A stretch of DNA of 64,000 nucleotides, from assembly GCA_043228905.1 (NCBI GenBank), contig JBHGNT010000001.1:7378001-7442000 (forward strand), in the 5' to 3' direction. The stretch is from Azolla caroliniana. Taxonomy: Eukaryota; Plantae; Polypodiophyta. A model generated the notes under the pieces. That model did no database searches. It was not told the origin of the DNA and saw nothing but the letters and a program-made list of their open reading frames with translations. The translations under genes and the position numbers were made by a program. Below, piece by piece: positions 1 through 13,719 of this stretch (positions are counted from its first letter, which is position 1; each line of letters opens with the position of its first letter).

Positions 1-28
1 TCATTATCTGAACTTCTATGTATGCCAG

Positions 29-1686
29 GCTATGTATGTTCGAGTCAAGAGACAAAAGACCACATACTTTATACGTTGCAATCCCTTTGACAAGGTGCAA
101 GACGTCAAGTCCAAACTTCATGCACTCACACATTATGCTATTGGAGATCAACGACTCATACTATTAGACTCGCATCATGTTCTTGTCGATGCATGCATGT
201 TATCTCATCAACAGGTATTTTACCATCATTTAATATTATATTTATGCTTTGTGATATCGTACAAAATGTAGTTTTATGATGATACTCTCTTAATAAGTGC
301 AATATTAATTAGAAGGTTCCCTACTATGTTGAGGATACAAAGCTTGAATGAGAAGTATCATGTTTTTATCCTAATAAATTGCAAGCTTGTAACAAAGCAT
401 GTTTGGGATATACAAAACTCAAAGGAAAATTCTCTTTAGAAAGTAGACTTACATAGCTTTGTAAATATAGGACACGAGACTTTTCTAATGATTCAATCTA
501 ATGACCTCTTTGTATCAAAAGCTCACATTACCGTAATAATCTAAATGTGGCCCCATTCTCATCACATTAAACCTCATTATTTTGATCAATAGAACTAGTG
601 TTTATTGCTACAATTTTTTATGGTTTTGGTTTTGGTAAAATGTCTTCATTCTCTCAAATAAACTCAATATGAATTGTCATTAGGACCGTGCCTGCAACCT
701 TAATGACTAGATATGGTTCATGTCTTCTTTTATAAACTTGGTATTTGAACGTATGTTATATACTTCAATGGCCAAACTCTATTTGGGTGTGACACTAAGG
801 AGAATTATAGATAGTAAATGTTCATGCTTATTGAAAGTAATGGCCATGTAGACATCAAAACCCAATTTATTCAAGTAGGACCCAATATTATGATATATTG
901 ACATACCTTTGGCCTCCTCTCTTATACAAGGGTTTGTCAACTTTCTTGGATGTTTTAAACTCTTCAAAACAAAGCCTAAGGGAAATTGAATAGTTGTAGT
1001 TATTCATATTTGCCCCCATCAAGGATCATGTCTAAATGACCCTAATGTAGTTGGAATAGGTGTATAACTCTAATCTAAGTTACGGATATTGTTGTCAATT
1101 ACTACCTTTAAAACACACTTTGAGGATCATTATTGAATTATTCATAGTTGGAATAGGTGTATGATCCCAATCTAAGTTATGAATGTTGTTGTCAATGACT
1201 ATCTTTGAAACATACTTTAAGCGTTGCTCTTTTCACAATATTTGTTATACGCATGCAATTGGCACATTTACTACGAACATGCTAATGAACAATTGAAGAT
1301 GAAGTAACGTTAGAGACATGCATTATTCCCTATAGAATGGAGATAAAGATGATAAAGTTATTATGTTGTTATATTCAACATGATGTTTTGATTTTGATTT
1401 CCATCATAGCTTCCATATTATTCATATTGAGTAGAGTCAACTTACTTGTACTTTCTTCTACTTAAGCAACTAATCTATGTCAATCTTTTTCCTAGGTTGA
1501 AAATGGATCAGTTTTAGCTTTAACTTTGAGGAAAGGTAAGAAATGTCTATACAAGATTGTGTAAAACAACATGTTTTTTCCTAATTTTATATCTGATAAT
1601 GTTGTTTGCAATTTTGTTTAGGTAATGGGCAATGGGAGGACATAGATATTGCAAACATGAATAATTACAAAGAAGATTCTGATTGA
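29..1686 (+). CDS. Ubiquitin-like (Elongin-B-like, AT5G57860-type) protein, paralogue 1; the ATG-only first exon probably lies upstream of the window
   Basis: Exons 29-214, 1496-1535, 1622-1686 with GT-AG introns. Product AMYVRVKRQKTTYFIRCNPFDKV...QRLILLDSHHVL...QQ|VENGSVLALTLRK|GNGQWEDIDIANMNNYKEDSD*, matching the plant MAMYIRVKRxKTTYF...VENDAVVALTLRK family. Exon lengths are identical to the paralogue at 20428. Confidence 0.88.
1049..1220. repeat. Direct duplication (~70 bp core) in an intron of Ub-like paralogue 1
   Basis: 'agttggaataggtgtat...aatctaagtta...ttgttgtcaat.acta' occurs at ~1049 and ~1147. Confidence 0.7.
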
Positions 1687-3286
1687 TCAATCTCATACAT
1701 CTATGTCAGCACATATAGAGTTTGCTTTAGTAATAAAATATCTTATCCTTTGCCTATCTTATAAAGAAGATCTAACTTGATCTTTTCCCTCCTTTCATAA
1801 TCCCAAACTTAAAAACATCTGAATTCACTTTTTTGCTTTTTTTTATCTTATTATTCACTTATGTTTTGTTAATCAATGTTTTTATTTATTTATTCACTTA
1901 TGCTTTGTCTCAATGTTTTAATTTGTTTATAGCGGCAGAACAATGTTCCCTTTCTAGTGACTTTGTGACTAAAATATGCCAATTAGAAAGTATGTTATTC
2001 ATGTAAGTGTGCACCGTCATGTCCAAGTGGATTCGATGATTGAATCATTGTCCAAACTTAGATGTGGATAAGTCATGTCCCTCCTAACATTAATCCAAAT
2101 ATGGTCTAACAAATACATGTACGTTCAAGAGATAGGCATGAGTACTCATGAGATAAAGATTCATTCTTGAGGATTTAATCATGAATATGTAAACATTGAT
2201 GATTTAAAGGCTAATTGCATTCCTTAACAATTCATTAATTGATTAATGACAGCTCTGTCCATTTTAATCTTTTAGAACACTTTAATCACACAACCTATTT
2301 GAATGAAACTTTTTATGTCATTCATGCAGTAAAGTTATTCAGCCCATGAAAAAGTGCAATAGTATTAAACTCAATAAAGTGACTCCTCCAAAATATTTAT
2401 CATAAGAAAGGTAAAAAGTACATGAAACTTTGAGAAGCGAATAAAATCTACAAAAGAAAAAGAGAGGTCATGAAAGGGTATGTAATTTATGAATGAGTTA
2501 CTGTAGGTCTAGTCATGATTTGTAATAACAATCCAAATAACATTTCCAAAATATTGTTGTGACATGGTTGAATCAATGGTAGAAATTGGTAGGATTGTGT
2601 TAGATTGGGGACACTACAAAAAGGGAGACATCTTTCATAAGGAAGTAAAGGCATGGATAAGCATTAGGCCAATTGGTTAAGTAGCTATAAAAGAGAAAGG
2701 TTGGCTAATTTATGGGGTTATCTAGATTAGGCATTAAGGGAGTGAGAGCAGACAACGAACTCTCTAATAGTAATGACAAACTTGATTAATTGAAATCAAA
2801 TTTTTATTAGTATTGTGTTCAATGTGGGTTAGCATTGAAACAAGGGTCTAGGAGCAAAGAAACATTATAACGTAATGGGCACATATCGTCCTTCCCTTTT
2901 TATAAGAAAAATGGCGTTGGTTGTGGCAAAATGCCTGCAATGTGTTGGTTGCCTATAAAAATTAATGACATTTCTATATGAAACGCGATGCCAAATTCGT
3001 GCAACAAAACATATTAGTTAGCTCGTGCACTTTTCAAATTAAAAGTAAATAAATCAATTGAAAATTATTGGATTCAAAATCCCCCCCTTTCCATTTATTT
3101 TCTTTTACAAATTGTTGCATGACATTTAGCTTTCCATCTTTAACATTTTTTTAATAAAATAAATCCAAAAGATTGGATTCAAAATCCCCCCATTTTATAT
3201 ATTTTCTTTTATGATCGCTCATGAGGGAGGTGATGACTTAAACACCACAAGAAAAAGAATATGTGGAAGGTTGAGCTCATCTCTAT

Positions 3287-3446
3287 ATGCTTTATTCATG
3301 CATTCAGACTTTGTGGCCGGACTATGAATATCCCTTCCTAAGAAAGAGACACACATCAAGAAAACCTGTGCTATATTCACGCATTCAGACTTTGTGGTCG
3401 GAGTATGAATATCCCTTCCTACGGAAAGACACACATCAAGAAAACC
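3287..3446. repeat. Tandem duplication, ~80-bp unit x2
   Basis: 'gcattcagactttgtgg.cgga.tatgaatatcccttccta...gacacacatcaagaaaacc' occurs twice. Confidence 0.85.
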
Positions 3447-3864
3447 AATGTACTCATGTTCCATGCGCCAATCAATTATACATGTATGGTTGTACAATCA
3501 TTTGTACAATTATACTCAACCATACATGCATATACATACAATCACATACTCAATCGTACATACATACCCATATAATCGAACAAAACACACATACATACAA
3601 TCACACATTTTTAACATATCCATTCATTAGTATAGACAAATGTATATAGAGATGTGATTCTCAAGTGACTGATGGAGGGAGCAACCACCTCCACCCATCG
3701 TGGTGGCTGAAAATATTTAAAAAGGGATATCATCTTTTAAAGACAGAAGTGGAGCACTTGATCTATGGGATCCTTGAACCTCAATCACATTGGTGATCAC
3801 CAATAATACATATGTGATAGACGCAAATGTAAAGCATGTAGGTATCGTGCCAAAACTTTTTCCG

Positions 3865-4370
3865 AGCTGAACCAACCAATCAACCATATGTAAAGTCATG
3901 CACATGCATACATAATCCATACACATGATTGATCATACATACATACATACATACATACATACATACATACATACATACATACATACATACATACATAAAT
4001 ACAACCAACCAACCATATATAAAGTCATGCACATGCATATACACACAATCATGCATACATAATCTGTACACATTATCGATCATACATACATACTGTACAT
4101 ACAGCCAACCAACCAATGTAAAGTCATGCATGTGCATATACACACAATCATGCATACATAATCCGTACACATTATCAATCATACATACATACATACTGAT
4201 ACATCATACAACCAACCAACCATATGTAAAGTCATGCACATGCACATAAACACAATCATACATACATACAATCATACATACACTGTGCACACATACCATA
4301 CATACACACATACGAATGCCAACATATGTATATATACTCAGACAATCATACATTCAATCGTACATACATA
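3865..4370. repeat. (TACA)n microsatellite embedded in a ~110-bp minisatellite
   Basis: Pure TACA run at ~3934-3996. The unit 'aaccaaccatat.taaagtcatgcacatgcata' recurs about 4 times. Confidence 0.9.
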
Positions 4371-4699
4371 CTACTTATGTTATGGACTTAAGAGGACCCA
4401 TCGAGCTTCTGATAGATCTTCTTGCATATATCAGAATTAGGATCTAGAAATCAGCAGCGAATCGGAAACAAGGAAACCGTAATCGGAACTTAGAAAGCTA
4501 GAGCCAATAAGTTTGGATTAGGAATGGAGCATCTTTCGGGGGGTTTGAACTTGGGCCTTGTGTTAAACCATATGGGAGAGTGCAGGGGGAAGATGATGAT
4601 GACCTTTATTCACAGAGGACTCGATGACTGTAACGCCCATCTTGTTGCAGAGGATCAGGTGTGCTCTTCTATATCTCAACAAATCAGGTAGAAACAGAG

Positions 4700-6170
4700 G
4701 AATCAGTGGGAAGCAAGAAAATCACACTCTGAAATCCTTGACAAAATTGTTGTTTCTTAAAAAAATCTCTATCAAGATTGCATTTCTTGCTATTTCTATG
4801 AAATACAAGATGTATTTGATGTGGTTCATCATTCATGTTAGAAATATTGCAACTTGGAGTGCCCTCATCTCAGGATTAGATCGCCATAGCCAAGCCAGAA
4901 GAGCTCTGAATAGCGTCAGAAAGAAGCAAGAGGAAGGAACCTTTGTTTCTGCTTTAAAATCTTGAGGCAGCATATCATGTGGGGCCCCAAGATGGGAGAA
5001 GAGATACATGTTCATATCATAAAGACACTGATTTATGCAAAAAAATGTTCTTGGTAATGCTTGGATTGACATGACAGATGGATTTTATGTGGTACGTTAA
5101 GGAAATATCAAGAGGTATTTGAAGAGATACTGACGAGAAATGTTTTGACCTGGAATGTTCTTATAACATATTATTCACATCAACATCTTGCAAATAAAGT
5201 CTCAAGTTTCTTCAATCAAATGAGAGATGAGGGCATCACCCGATGTTGTCACTTTTATTAACTGCAGATTAAAAGCTTGTGGAACTTTAGGGTTTCTTGA
5301 GTTTGGAGAAGTATTGCACGCAAATGTGAACAACTGTGGGTTTCTAGAGAAAACTGTTGTGCCTTGTACACCCATTGTTGATATGTGTACTAGGCGTGGG
5401 ATGCTCAAAATGGCAAGACAAGTCGTTCTTTGAGATTCCAAAACTCATATAGTAGCATGGAGTGCATTGATTTCTGGATATCCTGAACATGAACCTTGTG
5501 AAGAAGCTTGGGCATTGCTTTCAACAAATGCAAACTGAGTGCTTTATTCCCGATTTGGTTACCTTTATTTCCATTTTCAAAGCTTGTGGCATCACATGGT
5601 ATCTTCACATTGGAGAGGAGGTCCATGCCAAGGCTGAGACACTAGGTTTATTAGTAAAAAAGGAGGTTATCCTTGTTACTGCATCGGTTGATATATATGT
5701 GAAGCATGGTGCACTTGAAAAAGCACAAAAAGTGTTCCACAAACTTCCGACTCGCTATGTTTCTTCAGGGAATGCACATATGGCTGGGTACACACATTTG
5801 GCTGAGCTGAAGTAGTCATGGGTTTATTCCATCAGATGAAGGCTAAAGGTATGTATTCAAATGCAGTTACTTCCCTCACTTTTGAACCTATGTAATCACA
5901 CAAGATTAATGAAGGAGGGGAAGAAGCTATTCTCTAATAAAGAAAAGAAAACACTAAATCACCTATGTTATCCTAATTGTGATGGGAAAAAGGTCATCAT
6001 TTAATTGTTATTCATTCTAGTTAGTGTTTTGGGCAGCATCTCATAAATGCATGAATCTGGAGCTTGGGACACTGGCCTTTGAGAAAACACCTAGAGCTGG
6101 ATGACATATGTGCTTTGGTGTATGTGTGCATGGTAAATAGATATGTCTCATGATATGCAAAGGGGAGTGC
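4700..6170 (+). pseudogene. Degraded PLS-class PPR pseudogene with E-domain remnant
   Basis: Frameshifted fragments: RNIATWSALISG, VLGNAWIDM, SPDVVTFI..LKACG, VDMCTRRGML, IPDLVTFISIFKACG...VDIYVKHGALEKAQKVF. E1/E2-like remnant (MNLELG..WAFEK..ELDDICALVYVCMVNRY) at ~6030-6150. Confidence 0.85.
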
Positions 6171-6199
6171 ATGAGATGTCTGCACTGCTACAAGATCCA

Positions 6200-8130
6200 C
6201 CGACCGGGTACAACTGGGTCAAGGTTCCCAAGTGAGCTCATGTGAGCAACTAAACTTCAGTGGAGTATAGTGGTAAATGGTTGTTTCCATAATCCACCAG
6301 AGGTGGGATCACCACAGAGCATACCTGAATCATATGACCTATGAAGATCAGTATGAAAGCATGATTTGAATATAATTCAGACATTGGGGCCTGGGACATT
6401 GTTGTCTGTCCACAAGTCTCATTCACATTATCCAAGGGGATAATGGAGATCGTTGAGCTTTGCGTATGTGTAATGTAGGGTATTACGCTCCTTAACTTGA
6501 GTTCAATGTTTGTAATCTCGATTATCAGGATCCATGATGGTAGTGCTGGTCTAATAAGGGTTGTGTAGGATGTAACCCTCCTCAATGTGTGAGGCCACTG
6601 TATTAAGCTGATTGGGGGGTTGAGATTATGGCCAATGGAACATAGAAAAAATGTCATTGGTGGTATAAAATGTCATTCATTTAAACTTTAACATCCTCTA
6701 GGTGTCCAACTAAGTTTACAACAATTTGCCATGCATACAGTCAGATAACAAGAGACTGAGTCAGACTATTGTGGACTTGAATTACCCTTCCAGTTCCAAT
6801 GGAAGCCTGGTCAACAAATGCATCACCTCTTCACCTGTGGACCTGTCACATTTCAACATCTTACGTACCAGCCCTACCACCTTCAACTTCGGTTGGAGTT
6901 CCCCCTCCCGCTCCCTGCTACTTCGATGATGACATATTTTACCCTCACCAAAAGTTTTGAGAGCGAAACAAGTGGAGGATAATGCAGTTCTATTATTCGT
7001 CAGAGTGGAATGCCAATCTCTTTGCCGTCCCCTAACCCACATTTGAGTACTGTTAATGTAGACCCATTAGATATACCATCTCACAGGTTTTGGGCGTTTG
7101 ATGCCCTTTGCATGGAACGTGTTGGACGTTCAAGCAGAAGTGCTATGTTGAAGAGGTTTTCAGCCTCTTTTACATGGTTTGACAACTGCCTCATGTAACA
7201 ATGCCCTAGTAAATCATTTGATTCCAACTAGACATCATTCAATTCCAGTACTTGGCCGTTGTGCCAACCACGCAACTGGTCGCTGGACAAGGACTTTAAA
7301 TTGATCACGAAATTGACAATAGTAAAACCTCTCCATAGGCATATTGGACTGTTGGGACATCGCCAATAACCCTGGAATCCTTCAAATGTGAGGGTCGTTG
7401 TGATAGATGACATATCTTGGAACCAGAAATGACTTCACAAAGACATCCAAACAGCTCAATCAACATTTACAACACTATTACTGCTCAGAACCACCCGTGC
7501 CAGCCTCAGCCATCGTAGGGTATCCGAGCCCAGCACCAACAGGCCTGCATAGACCAAACCACTTGCACAGATCAAATGCTATACCACAATTAATACCCAT
7601 GTCACAAGCTCGCCAAAAAACAACCCTCACTTCAACACCAACCCAACCAATGTTCGAGAAGTAAGCACATGGCAATATCTGCAGGCAATCACCCCATGGA
7701 CAGCCCAAAGTGGAGGTAGGAAACAATAGCCAAATGGCGGTAAATCACCAAAATCATAGTTATAGAGAAACTTTCCACAAGACTCGGACTAAAGAGTAGC
7801 TCTGAAATGACTCCCCTGCCCGGTGAAGGAATCAAACATGCTAGATGGACTGACGGATGCGAAGATTCAAACCAACATGGCACCATCAGGATTCAGCCAG
7901 GTCCCAGAATCTCTAACGCGCTTGTAAAGGTTTGCAAAATGCTGAATCGAAAGATGCAAGTCTCCCAGCTGCACATGCAAAAGGTCAGAGCTAGAGGACC
8001 TCATGTCCATGGAAGCAAGACATTGCAAAGCAATTTCCCTTGCCCTTTCACAAAGAGTAAGCTGATTTGGTAAGCCAATACCAAGATCTCTCTGCTTAGT
8101 CCTACTCGTGGCCATGGGCAGTTTACACCC
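6200..8130 (-). mobile_element. Probable degraded LINE 5' region (ORF1/endonuclease-like)
   Basis: Higher-GC block with broken minus-strand ORFs and weak DUF4283-like similarity (CPWGDCLQILPC). It abuts the truncated end of the PPR pseudogene. Motif support is weak. Confidence 0.35.
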
Positions 8131-8199
8131 TCGATTCTACCAACAGCAATTGGAAATTGGAAATTGAAGACTGATGAAGAATGGGTTCTTTAGTATCAC

Positions 8200-9320
8200 C
8201 CTAACTGTGTCGTTAAGCTCAAATCATATGCTACACTTCCCATGCCTTTCTTACAACATTACATAGTAAACTTGACAATGGGTACCAAAATAATGTAAGA
8301 TACAAGGAAGATAGACAAAGACTTATTGGCGGCCCTTTTAGAGTGAAAGGACCTAAATAATGTAAGATGACTATAGAAGCCACACCTTGGGCTCTTTGAA
8401 GTCCTCCTTTTCATCACTTTTGATTTAGAGCCTTAATCTTCTTTTCCCTCTCATTTTTGGGTAAAGCACATAGTTACATTAATTGTATGTAAAACCTAAT
8501 GTTACAACTTCTGAATCATTCCCTACCAATGGAATGTAGGTAGAGGGATATCTTGGAAAGGCATTAGAAAACGAGAACAAGCACTTCATTAGGAAATGAT
8601 CCCCACATGCTCTAACATCCAAAAATTCCACATGAGAATGCCTTTTAACTTCTCCACATAGGCTTTTGCCCCTTGTTTACCATCAAACATGTAAGCATTC
8701 CACATATTCCAATAGTGCTGCAGTCCCCAATGTCGTAGAAATTAGATCATATCTCTAGCTCGTCGTTTGGACTATTTTTGAAAAATACTAAGCAAAAACC
8801 CATGTTTGAGGCTTCAAATAACAATGGGTTAAGACTTGCCAAATCTTCGATAAGTACCTCCAATGATATGCATTGTAGGGCATTTAATCACTTCAACATT
8901 TAATGAACCTATGTGTAGTGTCCTCCAATGGAATGGTACAAACAAAACAGGTAGTTAACCTTAGCCTTTGTCTCCTTAAGGTGAACCTAATGGGAGCCCA
9001 CCAATCATGACTCTCTATATGAATACCTTTGTACGAAATGGCAAATGTGAATGCAACCACATTGCAATATTTGTTAGTACTTTGCATTTGACTTACATAC
9101 ATTCCACATATTTTTAGCTTTAGGTGATAGCCAAGATAATGATGTCGTTACATGATGATACAATATATTTGTAGTGACCTCTAACAAACGTGTACCTTCC
9201 TTAGACTGTCAATCCACCCAATGCGCACCTCTCCCTCACACATTCCTTAATTAAGCTTTCATGCTCATCTTAAATAAGAGCTTATACCCTAAGTTTCTGT
9301 CTTAGGTATTTGACCTCCCC
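8200..9320 (-). mobile_element. LINE ORF2 C-terminal fragment (zf-RVT)
   Basis: ORF 8893-9102 ends TTCFVCTIPLEDTTHRFIKC, the CxxC..ED..H.F..C zinc finger of L1-type ORF2. Confidence 0.6.
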
Positions 9321-9426
9321 TCTAATTTATTTTTTTCAAAAGAAAATATCCTTCCATTAGTTTTAAAAAAGGTACATTGGCTACAACACTACTTTCTGTA
9401 GAGATTGTGCAACTATTGAAGCCAAT

Positions 9427-9630
9427 CTATACCACAATTCCTCCATCCATCACAAAATCTAATTTCATTTTAGCATGTACAACCAATTCTCCCTTGTTGC
9501 CACATGCTTTCAACATACCATAAAATGTTATCGTATTAGGTAAGAGGAAGCCTTGCACATTCTTATCATGCTCAATATCGCCCAATAACATGGCAGTCCC
9601 TTGTACCACATCTCCAATTAGCGGGAACAA
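9427..9630 (-). pseudogene. PPR pseudogene fragment (L-type motif)
   Basis: GFLLPNTITFYGMLKACGNKGELVVHAKMK resembles the PD/N.VTF..ILKACG...G..IH L motif. Confidence 0.65.
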
Positions 9631-10620
9631 AATAGTCCAATGGTGGTTTCAAACTAATGGGAGCCTACAGACATGCCTTTAATGTTATTGCTTCCAACTG
9701 CTGGATTGGTCGAGCGTCATTGGTTGTTTCACCATATTGATTGTTTCTATTGCTCATTGCACAATATAACATCATTTTTGAAGTGTGGGCAATTAGATAG
9801 AGTCACCCTTTGAAACGCACTAAATGTAAGTGATATGCGTGTATATCTCAATGTTATCTATTTTTGGGCAAGTGTTACTCATGGATAAATATTGGATACC
9901 CATTTTTTGGTGATATAAAATCATTGTTCCTCTACTGATTCTCTTTTAGTAATTCCTAGTTATATATTGCAAGTTATATGTATCTAAGTTGATATTTAGA
10001 TTGAATATCAAGTTGCCGAAATTGTGAATTTAGTTTAATTTTGAATTTCTAAGCGTTGCATTCCTTATGCTCTTCAATGGGGTGCTTCGACATTTCATGC
10101 AAGTCATATGGTCGGCATGATGGTTCTGGTGCTAGTTTCCATGGTTGAGGTAAATTTGTCATGTTTAAGTATGTTGCCAATACAAGAGGCATATGAATTG
10201 TGTTCATAATTGAAACTCTATTTTGGTTTTATTTGTTGTGAATTGGATACACAAATTCCCACAATGTGTTTTCATTATGTACCAGTTAATTTGTCAAGAC
10301 CAAACCTATCTATGATAAATATTGTTGTTGAGACCAAACCTTTCTGATTAGATGTTCTTGAATCTAAACCTTTGTGGGTTCCATAGCTTACTTGCTATGT
10401 TTCTATTGTAGAGAGATTAATGGCTATGGCTATGGAAGAGATGTTTAAAGGTTAAAAGTATTGTGTGTGGTTGCATTGTAGGAACTTAAGGACTTAAATG
10501 TTGAAGTTTTCTTAGAGAAAAACTCGGTATGTGTTTGTTTTGGTATTGTAGCAACTTCATGCAGTGAAGTTCTTTCTCAAGTTGAATGTTGTGAATTATT
10601 CTTGCACATCACATGGTATA

Positions 10621-10853
10621 TTCGTGTTATGATATATCTTCTGTTAGATATATTGTTTTTCACTTCCATGAAACCATGATATATGCAATGTTACATACGC
10701 ATGTCAAAGAAGATGGCATTGAAGGTGATCCTATTCTATTCTTGTTATGATATATCTTCTATTAGATATATCATTTTTCACTTCTATGAAACCACGATAG
10801 GCAATGTTACATAGGCATGTCAAAGAAGATGGCATTGAAGTTGATCCTATTCT
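10621..10853. repeat. Tandem duplication, ~118-bp unit x2
   Basis: 'tgttatgatatatcttct.ttagatatat...gcaatgttacata.gcatgtcaaagaagatggcattgaag.tgatcctattct' occurs twice. Confidence 0.85.
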
Positions 10854-10899
10854 TTGAATGAAGGTGGTGTGAAGACGCACATACTCTCCACGCTCACAT

Positions 10900-11370
10900 A
10901 CATGCAATATACATACAAACAAGCAAACATACATACATCCATACATACAAACAAACACATCCTAAACAAAAGAAATGTAGAAAAGAAAAACAAAAAACAC
11001 AAAATGAAGAACAAAATAAATAAATACTTGTTAAAAAAAGTAAAAACAAAAATTAAACACTACCAACCTATTTTATTGTGACATGTATAGAAATTAGAAT
11101 ACACATCCACATAGATCTAACATGCACATATATAGAACACATATATACACACATTTGCATATATACATACATTCATAGACACATGGCATAATACAATACA
11201 TACAACACATGCAATACAATACAATACATACACATGGAATACAACACAATACATACACGCACATAACATATACATACATACATACATACATACATACAAC
11301 CATGCATAAAATATGCCCAACACATTCAAATAATACAATGCATATTTATATACATTATAGAATTATACAT
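10900..11370. repeat. TACA/CA-rich low-complexity region
   Basis: Degenerate (TACA)n, (CAATA)n and A-rich runs. Confidence 0.8.
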
Positions 11371-11437
11371 GTGTTTTTCTATGTAAGGGTATTTAAGATA
11401 TGTAGTTGTTGTCAAAATATATATTGACAATAAGGGG

Positions 11438-11910
11438 GTTTTTTTATTTTTTTTATTTTTAAAGTCAAGATTCACCGTGGTATTAATGAAAAGATGCCCA
11501 ACGGCTACAAAGTATCCATACAATCTATTACAACCCTCCTACCCACATGAATGGACATGTCTAGTAGCGGAAACCCTTATGCATGGTCTTTTCAAGACAG
11601 GGGGCGGAAAAGCCATCTTGGTGGAGCATATCTCCATTTTATTTTGTCCCCAAAATAGGTGAAGATCTGTACCTTTTTCAAATTTCTCAAAATTGTTGTT
11701 GCTTGCGAAACACAACATCAGGCTCACCATGTATTGCCTCATATTGACCTTTTAGAGTATGTAGGAGCATCAACCACATCTCCTTGACTAACTCAACTGC
11801 ATTCGGTTTGACATTTTGAAATACACACTTACAACTTACCTTCCATAACATCCAAACTACTAAAGAAGATACCATAGACCAAACCTTGTCTTCTTCCAAA
11901 CAATAAGGGA
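11438..11910 (-). mobile_element. LINE 3' end fragment with poly(A) tail
   Basis: VWSMVSSLVVWMLWKVSCKCVFQN matches the WxLWKxRxxxVF motif of the ORF2 C-terminus. The T-run at 11439-11460 is a minus-strand poly(A). Confidence 0.75.
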
Positions 11911-12070
11911 AAAAGGGTTCTAAAATAGTGAAAAAACATGTATAAGGGGTTTATAAAAGATATCTTGAACGCATGTGATACAACCTCTTTATATGTATAT
12001 AGTGGAGCCCCCTGACAATTAGCAATAATTCATCAAAAAGCTCGTGGGTCTCAATTATAGTTCAGCAAAT

Positions 12071-13600
12071 GCCAACATTAACAACATTGTACCACATCCG
12101 GCAAGATTTGACCCTCGAGGTAATTTTTCTTTAAAGAATCTAGTGCTTTTTCAGCATGACCCTTCTCAGCATATCCCGATATCAAAGCATTCCAAGAGAC
12201 CACATCTCGAACTAAAATATCATTGACTATTTTTTGTGCTTTTTCAAGCTTGCCTCATATAGCATACATGTCCAACAAAGCATTCCCAAGCTCAGTATTG
12301 TCTTCTAACAGTCTCTTACTCATGATTTCCTTGTGACTTTCTATGCCTATCAACCACTTCTACACTGCCACATGGCTTTAACAATCTTACAAAGGTGATT
12401 ACATCCAGAGAAAGACCATCATTTTGCATTTGTTTAAAAAGGTTCAATGTTTTATGGCCAAATCTATACTAGTAATATCCTGAAATTAGTGCATTCTTAG
12501 AAGCCACAACCCGAACTGGAAGCCCCTTGAAGCCAACATTAACAACATTGTACCACATCCGGCAAGATTTGACCCTCGAGGTACATTTTCTTTAAAGAAT
12601 CTAGTGTGTTTTTAGCATATCCCGATATCAAAGCATTCCAAGAGACCACATCTCGAACTAAAATATCATTGACTATTTTTTGTGCTTTTTTAAGCTTGCC
12701 ACATATAGCATACATGTCCAACAAAGCATTCCCAAGCTCAGTATTGTCTTCTAACGGTCTCCTACTCATGATTTCATTGTGACTTTCTATGCCTATCAAC
12801 CACTCCTCACTGCTACATGGCTTTAACAAACTTACAAAGGTGATTACATCCAGAGAAAGACCATCATTTTGCATTTGTTCAAAAAGATTCAATGTTGTAT
12901 GGCCAAATCTATACTGGTAATATCTTGAAATTAGTGCATTCTTAGAAGTCACAACCCGAATTGGAAGCCCTGGAAGCCCCTTGAGCACTTTCTACGTTTT
13001 TCCTCAATGTAAAGCCCCTGTGGTTGAACAAGCCTTGAATATGCAAATGGAGGTGATTGTATTTGGCAAGAAGTGATCACAGTGCATCCTCTTGAAATAA
13101 GTTTTAGCTTTGCTTCCTTCCCTTAAAAAATAAACCACATTCAGAATATATATAAAGTAATGCATTGCCAAGAATTGTCTCTTCCCTTGTTTATAGATCG
13201 AATCATGCTACAAACTTTCAACATAAAAGAAAATATGTTGGCGTTGCATATTTTCAAAATAGCTTAGAGCGTTCTTGGTTTACCATATACTGAACCTCTT
13301 CAACATAACCATACTCAACATATTCACAAATCAATGTAGTAGAAGAGACTACTTTTCTAGCTGGTAGTCCTACTCAACATACCTCTTTGCTCATAGCTTC
13401 AAAACACACAAGATGAGGGCCATATGACATCCTTCTAGCCACTTCCATTACTTTGTCCAATTCAACTACACATCCAAGACAGAACCATCATACGTGTATG
13501 AGTTGCGGATGCATATGCATGTGACTTCATTCGGTTTGAATCCGTCCAAAAACCATTTTTTGAAACAAACTGAATCTTAGATCATGAAAACCACATCTTG
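12071..13600 (-). pseudogene. PLS PPR pseudogene with an internal ~460-bp tandem duplication
   Basis: ORF 12539-12988: LGNALLDMYAICGKLKKAQKIVNDILVRDVVSWNALISGYA. Segment 12071-12531 duplicates 12532-~12983. More frameshifted PPR remnants extend to ~13600. Confidence 0.85.
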
Positions 13601-13719
13601 AATGCAAGATTTGAAGAACAATGACCAATCCGCCTTTATTTTCAAGCTCCCCTCTACATTAAGTGCACTAGTTTTAAATAATAAATAAGTGTTGTTGTAG
13701 TTACCACTTGAGCTTCTTA

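Noticed and set aside
2555-2875. Possible small solo LTR
   Set aside because: Composition is LTR-like, but I could not find matching TG...CA termini with a TSD.
3219-4440. His/Thr/Tyr/Ile-rich and Met/Cys/Val-rich ORFs
   Set aside because: They are translations of (TACA)n and the minisatellite. The same applies to 10731-11427.
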